NCBI GenBank assembly: GCA_045863855.1
Contig: BTVV01000062.1
Span: 1 to 34,467, forward strand
DNA length: 34,467 bases
Source of the DNA: Planctomycetota bacterium
Lineage (GTDB): Bacteria > Planctomycetota > SZUA-567 > H5-PLA8
Direction: 5' to 3'
A model generated the notes under the pieces. The model saw nothing but the letters and a program-made list of their open reading frames with translations, was not told the DNA's origin and did not search any database. The first letter of the stretch is position 1; every line of letters begins with the position of its first letter. Shown here one piece after another: positions 30,773-34,467 of the stretch. A program made the translations under genes and the position numbers.

Positions 30773-31543
30773 TTAGGCCCCCAACCGTTTCAAAACCGCC
30801 GCCGCCACCCGTTCGACCAGTTCGGACTCGGTATCGCGCTTCGCGTCCAGCCCGTAGCGTCCCAACAGCTTGGGATCGCCGTAATTCACGATCAGGTCCT
30901 TCGTCTGCGCCGGCGTAAGTCGCCGGACCGCTTCGGCCGAACCGGCCAGTTCCGCGGAAGTCTTCAGGATCGCCGCGGCTTGTTCGAGCTTCTCCATGCG
31001 CAGGTACGCGCGCCAAGGCGTGGAGCCCAGGGCTACGGCTCCGTGTTGAGCCAGCAGTACCACATCGCAGGCTTTGAAGAACGGCGCCGCCGCCTCTCCC
31101 AGCGCCCGCGTCCCCGGCGTCACGTACGGGCACGTCTCGATCGGACCGATCTGCGCCACGACTTCCGGGATGATCGGATCGCGCAGCAAGTGCTCCCGCC
31201 CCGAAAAGGTAAACGCGGTGGCGACCGGCGGATGCGCATGCACGACCGCGCCGATCTCGGGGCGGGTGCGGTACGCGGCCAAATGCAAATGGACCTCGCT
31301 GCTTACCTTGGACCCCGAGCGGCCTCGGATGAGCCGGCCATCGAGATCGCAGACCAGGATCGACAGCTCCGTGACTTCGCCCTTCGAGAGCGATGAGGGC
31401 GTGACCAGGATGCGGTCCGGTCCCAGCTTCGCGGTGACATTCCCGTCCGTCGCGGCGACGAGCCCGCGCGAAGCCAGCGCGTGGCACGCGCGAACCATCT
31501 GCTTGCGTAATTCGCGCTCGGTCCAGGGAATATCATCGGCCAT
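30773..31543 (-). CDS. Class II aldolase/adducin family protein (fuculose-phosphate aldolase-like) with a C-terminal encapsulation peptide
   Basis: DGNVT, VTPS..SKG, SSEVHLHLAAY, AVVHAHPP and LLAQHGAV. C-terminal helix ESELVERVAAAVLKRL. Start at ATG 31543. Confidence 0.93.
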   Translation of the reverse strand: MADDIPWTERELRKQMVRACHALASRGLVAATDGNVTAKLGPDRILVTPSSLSKGEVTELSILVCDLDGRLIRGRSGSKVSSEVHLHLAAYRTRPEIGAVVHAHPPVATAFTFSGREHLLRDPIIPEVVAQIGPIETCPYVTPGTRALGEAAAPFFKACDVVLLAQHGAVALGSTPWRAYLRMEKLEQAAAILKTSAELAGSAEAVRRLTPAQTKDLIVNYGDPKLLGRYGLDAKRDTESELVERVAAAVLKRLGA

Positions 31544-31563
31544 GGAAATCCGTTTACACTTCG

Positions 31564-33126
31564 CTAGACGATGCTCAGGTGGCCCTGGCAAAGCGCCAAG
31601 CGCCGCTCACGGGTGAAACTGCGGCATGTCGTCATGCCTTCGCCGGTCGGCGTCGCGATGCTGAAGGACGTATAGCCTTCACCGCCCAAACCCAGCCCGC
31701 TGTAATTCGGAGCGTTGGCGATGCAGATCGAACAGTTCATCGCCCGCGCGAACTCGGTGACTCGATTCATATTCGCCGAATGAATCGATGCGGTATGCCG
31801 GCGATTGTCTTCCACAGCCACCGCATACGAAATGGCGCTCTCGGCGTCTCGAACCCGAACCAGCGGCAGCACGGGCATAAGCTGCTCGGTCCAGGCCAGC
31901 GGGTGGTCTTCGGGAACTTCCACGAGCGCCAAACGCGTCTGATCGGTCGCGGAAAGTCCCATCTCTTTCAGGATGATCCCGGCGTTCTTCCCCACCAGCT
32001 TGCGGTTCGGCGCGCCGTGCTTGCCCGTGCGCGGACCGCCGGCTTCGGCCAAAACCAATTCCGCCAAGCGATCGGCCTCGCGCGCCGGAACTTCGACGGC
32101 CCCATGGGCAAGCATGGCCTGCTTCAAGCGGTCGGCGGCGGACGCCACCGCCACGACCACCTTTTCGTCGGTGCAAACGATGTTGTTGTCCAGGCTGGCG
32201 CCTCGAACCAGATCACGGCCGGCACGCTCGAGATCGGCGGTCTCGTCGACCAACGCAGGCGGATTACCGGGGCCCGCACAGATCGCGCGCTTCCCGCTCT
32301 TCATCGCCGCTTCGACGACGGCGCCGCCTCCCGTCACCATGACCAGCCGCACGCGCGGATGCTGCATGATCGCTTGAGCGGCTTCCACGGACGGCTCGCG
32401 CAGTATGCAGAGCAGTTCGCGCGGGCCCCCGGCGGCCTGGATCGCCCGGTTGAGCACCCGAACGGAATCGGCGCTCACGTTTTTGGCCAGCGGGTGCGGT
32501 CCGAAGACCACCGCATTGCCGGCGCTAAGCATCGAGATGCCGTTGTTGATCACCGTCTCGGTGCTGTTGGTGCACGGAATGATGCTCCCGATCACGCCGA
32601 AAGGCGCGCGCTCGGTCAGAGTCATCCCGTCGGTTCCCGTAAACGCCTCCGGGCGGCCGAGATATTCGGGCCCCGGCGTGCGCAGCGTGACGAGCCGGTT
32701 CTTCTGGATCTTGTCGTCCACGCGGCCCAGACCCGTCTCCGCCACGGCCTCCTGAGACCAGCGCTCCAAATGGGCCAGCGCCGCCGAGCGGATGGCTTCG
32801 ATCAGCTTGGCGCGAATCCCGAAGCCGAGCTTGCGGAATTCTTCATACGCCCTTTGAGCGGCCTCGCAGGCGGCCTCGACGTCCTCGTAGACCCCCTCGC
32901 CGCTTGCCGAGCGCGACCATGTGGTGGGTCCGGCGGCATTCGAAACCGGCTTAGCGGGCTTGGCTTCAGCTAACCGGCTGGACTTGGGATCGCGATAACA
33001 GGTCGTCGCCGCCTGCGGCCGGCTATCGGACGACGGCCGTGCAGGCGCGCGCGCGGAACCGACACCCTGCTGCCGCAGGCGCGCCACCACACGCTCCACG
33101 ATCTGGGCGACGCGTTGTTCGTCCAT
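31564..33126 (-). CDS. BMC-associated CoA-acylating aldehyde dehydrogenase (EutE/PduP-like) with an N-terminal encapsulation peptide
   Basis: N-terminal MDEQRVAQIVERVVARL and a linker. ETGLGRVDDKIQKN, PFGVIG, VTGG, AGPGNPP, DNNIVCTDEK (catalytic Cys), EQLMP and GGEGYTSFSIATPTGEG. Confidence 0.95.
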   Translation of the reverse strand: MDEQRVAQIVERVVARLRQQGVGSARAPARPSSDSRPQAATTCYRDPKSSRLAEAKPAKPVSNAAGPTTWSRSASGEGVYEDVEAACEAAQRAYEEFRKLGFGIRAKLIEAIRSAALAHLERWSQEAVAETGLGRVDDKIQKNRLVTLRTPGPEYLGRPEAFTGTDGMTLTERAPFGVIGSIIPCTNSTETVINNGISMLSAGNAVVFGPHPLAKNVSADSVRVLNRAIQAAGGPRELLCILREPSVEAAQAIMQHPRVRLVMVTGGGAVVEAAMKSGKRAICAGPGNPPALVDETADLERAGRDLVRGASLDNNIVCTDEKVVVAVASAADRLKQAMLAHGAVEVPAREADRLAELVLAEAGGPRTGKHGAPNRKLVGKNAGIILKEMGLSATDQTRLALVEVPEDHPLAWTEQLMPVLPLVRVRDAESAISYAVAVEDNRRHTASIHSANMNRVTEFARAMNCSICIANAPNYSGLGLGGEGYTSFSIATPTGEGMTTCRSFTRERRLALCQGHLSIV

Positions 33127-33210
33127 GATGACCCCTATCCTTCAAGGGGATGCGCGAAAGCGTCCGGAGCCGTCCGAGCGCTTAAACACTAAACGTATAA
33201 AATCGCTTAC

Positions 33211-33513
33211 TTACTTCTTCGCGCCGGCGAGTTCGGCATCGCGACCCAGAGGAAGTGCCGCATCGACGTTCCCGTGCGGACGCGGAATGATGTGCACGCT
33301 CACGACTTCGCCCACCCGTTCGGCCGCGCGCGCCCCGGCTTCGGTGGCTGCCTTGACCGCCGCCACATCGCCGCGCACGATGGCGGTCACGTAGCCTCCG
33401 CCAATCTTTTCGTAACCCACGAGTTCCACCTTCGCGGCTTTGACCATCGCATCGCAGGCTTCCACCATCGCGGCAAAGCCGCGCGTCTCGATCATGCCCA
33501 AGGCATCCGCCAT
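33211..33513 (-). CDS. BMC hexamer shell protein (BMC-H, PduA/EutM-like)
   Basis: ALGMIETRG...DAMVKAA...[19 protein letters not shown]...HIIPRPH. RBS GGAGG. Confidence 0.98.
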   Translation of the reverse strand: MADALGMIETRGFAAMVEACDAMVKAAKVELVGYEKIGGGYVTAIVRGDVAAVKAATEAGARAAERVGEVVSVHIIPRPHGNVDAALPLGRDAELAGAKK

Positions 33514-33572
33514 TGTTCCGTCCTCCGCGCCAAAAACACAAAGTTTAAAATCGTTTACAATCGCTCTAAGAC

Positions 33573-34187
33573 TCAGGCTCCGATGCTCTTAATGGCCGAC
33601 TCCGCCGCCTCGGCCGCCACGACAACGTCGGCTTCCTCGCCACCCAAGAAAAGGCGCCCGAACGCGCCGTAGCCGCGTAGCTCTAACAGGTTGATGTTAC
33701 TGGCTTTCTCGGCCTCGTTCGCAGCCAAGTGGATGTAAGCGGCCGGCTCGACTTCCAGGATGTACAGCGTCTGCCCGCCCAACAACATGCCGCCATGGCG
33801 CGTCCGATTAATGAGCATCGTATGGTAATCCGTAATCTTCCGTATGATGCTGCTGGTACTGACTTTAGGCTTGGTGACCGAACTCAGCTTGACGCCCACC
33901 GACTCCAGGATGGCTTCGCCGGCTTGGCGGACTTCCCCTTGGTCGGCGTGATGGACCTCCAGCATCCCGAATGCGCGTTCGACGATCTGCATACCCGGCA
34001 TCACCGCCGTAGCCTTGCATGCAATATCCGTGATCTTCTGGATTTGCATGCCCGGGGCGACCTCGATAAAGAGCGCCGATTGCCCCGCCACCGGCAAGAA
34101 GCCCTGCGCAATGGTGGCCTGAAAACTGGCAAATTGCGGCTGCATGGTATCCAGGAAGCAGTAGGCGCGGATTTCGGTGTCGGCCAT
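33573..34187 (-). CDS. Tandem-domain BMC shell protein, BMC-T(dp) (CcmP/CsoS1D-like)
   Basis: [16 protein letters not shown]...GFLP...IEVAPG...[16 protein letters not shown] and LEVEPAAY...ANEAEKA...[10 protein letters not shown]. Start at ATG 34187 after AAAGGA. Confidence 0.95.
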   Translation of the reverse strand: MADTEIRAYCFLDTMQPQFASFQATIAQGFLPVAGQSALFIEVAPGMQIQKITDIACKATAVMPGMQIVERAFGMLEVHHADQGEVRQAGEAILESVGVKLSSVTKPKVSTSSIIRKITDYHTMLINRTRHGGMLLGGQTLYILEVEPAAYIHLAANEAEKASNINLLELRGYGAFGRLFLGGEEADVVVAAEAAESAIKSIGA

Positions 34188-34235
34188 GGGAGATCCTTTT
34201 TCGCCTGGGCTATGCACAAATACGTTTAAAAACAG

Positions 34236-34263
34236 TTCATAGCGCCCTTTTCAACATCGTCAA
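34236..34263 (-). promoter_or_regulatory. Possible sigma70 promoter of the BMC operon
   Basis: Minus strand TTGACG (34263-34258), 16-bp spacer, TATGAA (34241-34236). A very AT-rich tract lies upstream (about 34310-34340). The -10 box is imperfect. Confidence 0.35.
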
Positions 34264-34467
34264 GACCTCATCTTTCGGGATTCCAGGCCAAACCACTTAT
34301 GTCTCTGCTTCATTTATATTATTTTATACTTTACCTAAATCAAGTTCGTCGCCATGAAGCCCAGAAAATGGGTGATGTCTTGTCTATAGCTTGGGTTATG
34401 ATCTTCACCGTATCCCAATGGCCTACCCGGGAAGCTTGTCACCATGGTGCTCCGCCGTGCTCGGACC

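Noticed and set aside
30499..30918. Small ORFs inside the aldolase-HTH spacer, and a tRNA or riboswitch reading of its hairpins
   Set aside because: No protein motifs, cloverleaf or recognisable riboswitch consensus. Terminal inverted repeats plus a target duplication explain the region better as a MITE.
34354..34467. Possible gene start at the right edge of the window
   Set aside because: Only an 11-codon ORF and an 8-codon open end are visible, which is not enough to call a gene.

Overview
High-GC bacterial chromosomal window, probably Planctomycetota. That assignment is inferred from gene content (sulfatase-like enzyme, DLG-type Ser/Thr kinase, BMC genes) and is not proven. The left and middle parts hold housekeeping and accessory genes: the 3' end of a DAHP synthase, a STAS protein, a LacI regulator with a sulfatase-like hydrolase, an M20 amidohydrolase, an FNR-like reductase, a PilZ-MshEN-PilZ protein, DUF1028, speA, eno, several exported proteins, DinB, a CPBP-family protein, two Gfo/Idh/MocA oxidoreductases, a Fur-family regulator, a redoxin lipoprotein/Ser-Thr kinase/alginate-export porin operon and an NYN nuclease. 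The right end (28.2-34.2 kb, minus strand) is a bacterial microcompartment (BMC) operon resembling the Haliangium ochraceum type: BMC-T(dp), BMC-H, aldehyde dehydrogenase, class II aldolase and BMC-P. Its unusual members are an excisionase-like HTH protein, a MEMO/AmrB protein and a UPF0237 ACT protein carrying an apparent encapsulation peptide. A 270-bp MITE-like element with terminal inverted repeats and a TTAG duplication sits at the aldolase stop codon, and an AT-rich motif recurs upstream of each of the first four BMC genes. All calls come from reading motifs by eye; no database searches were run.
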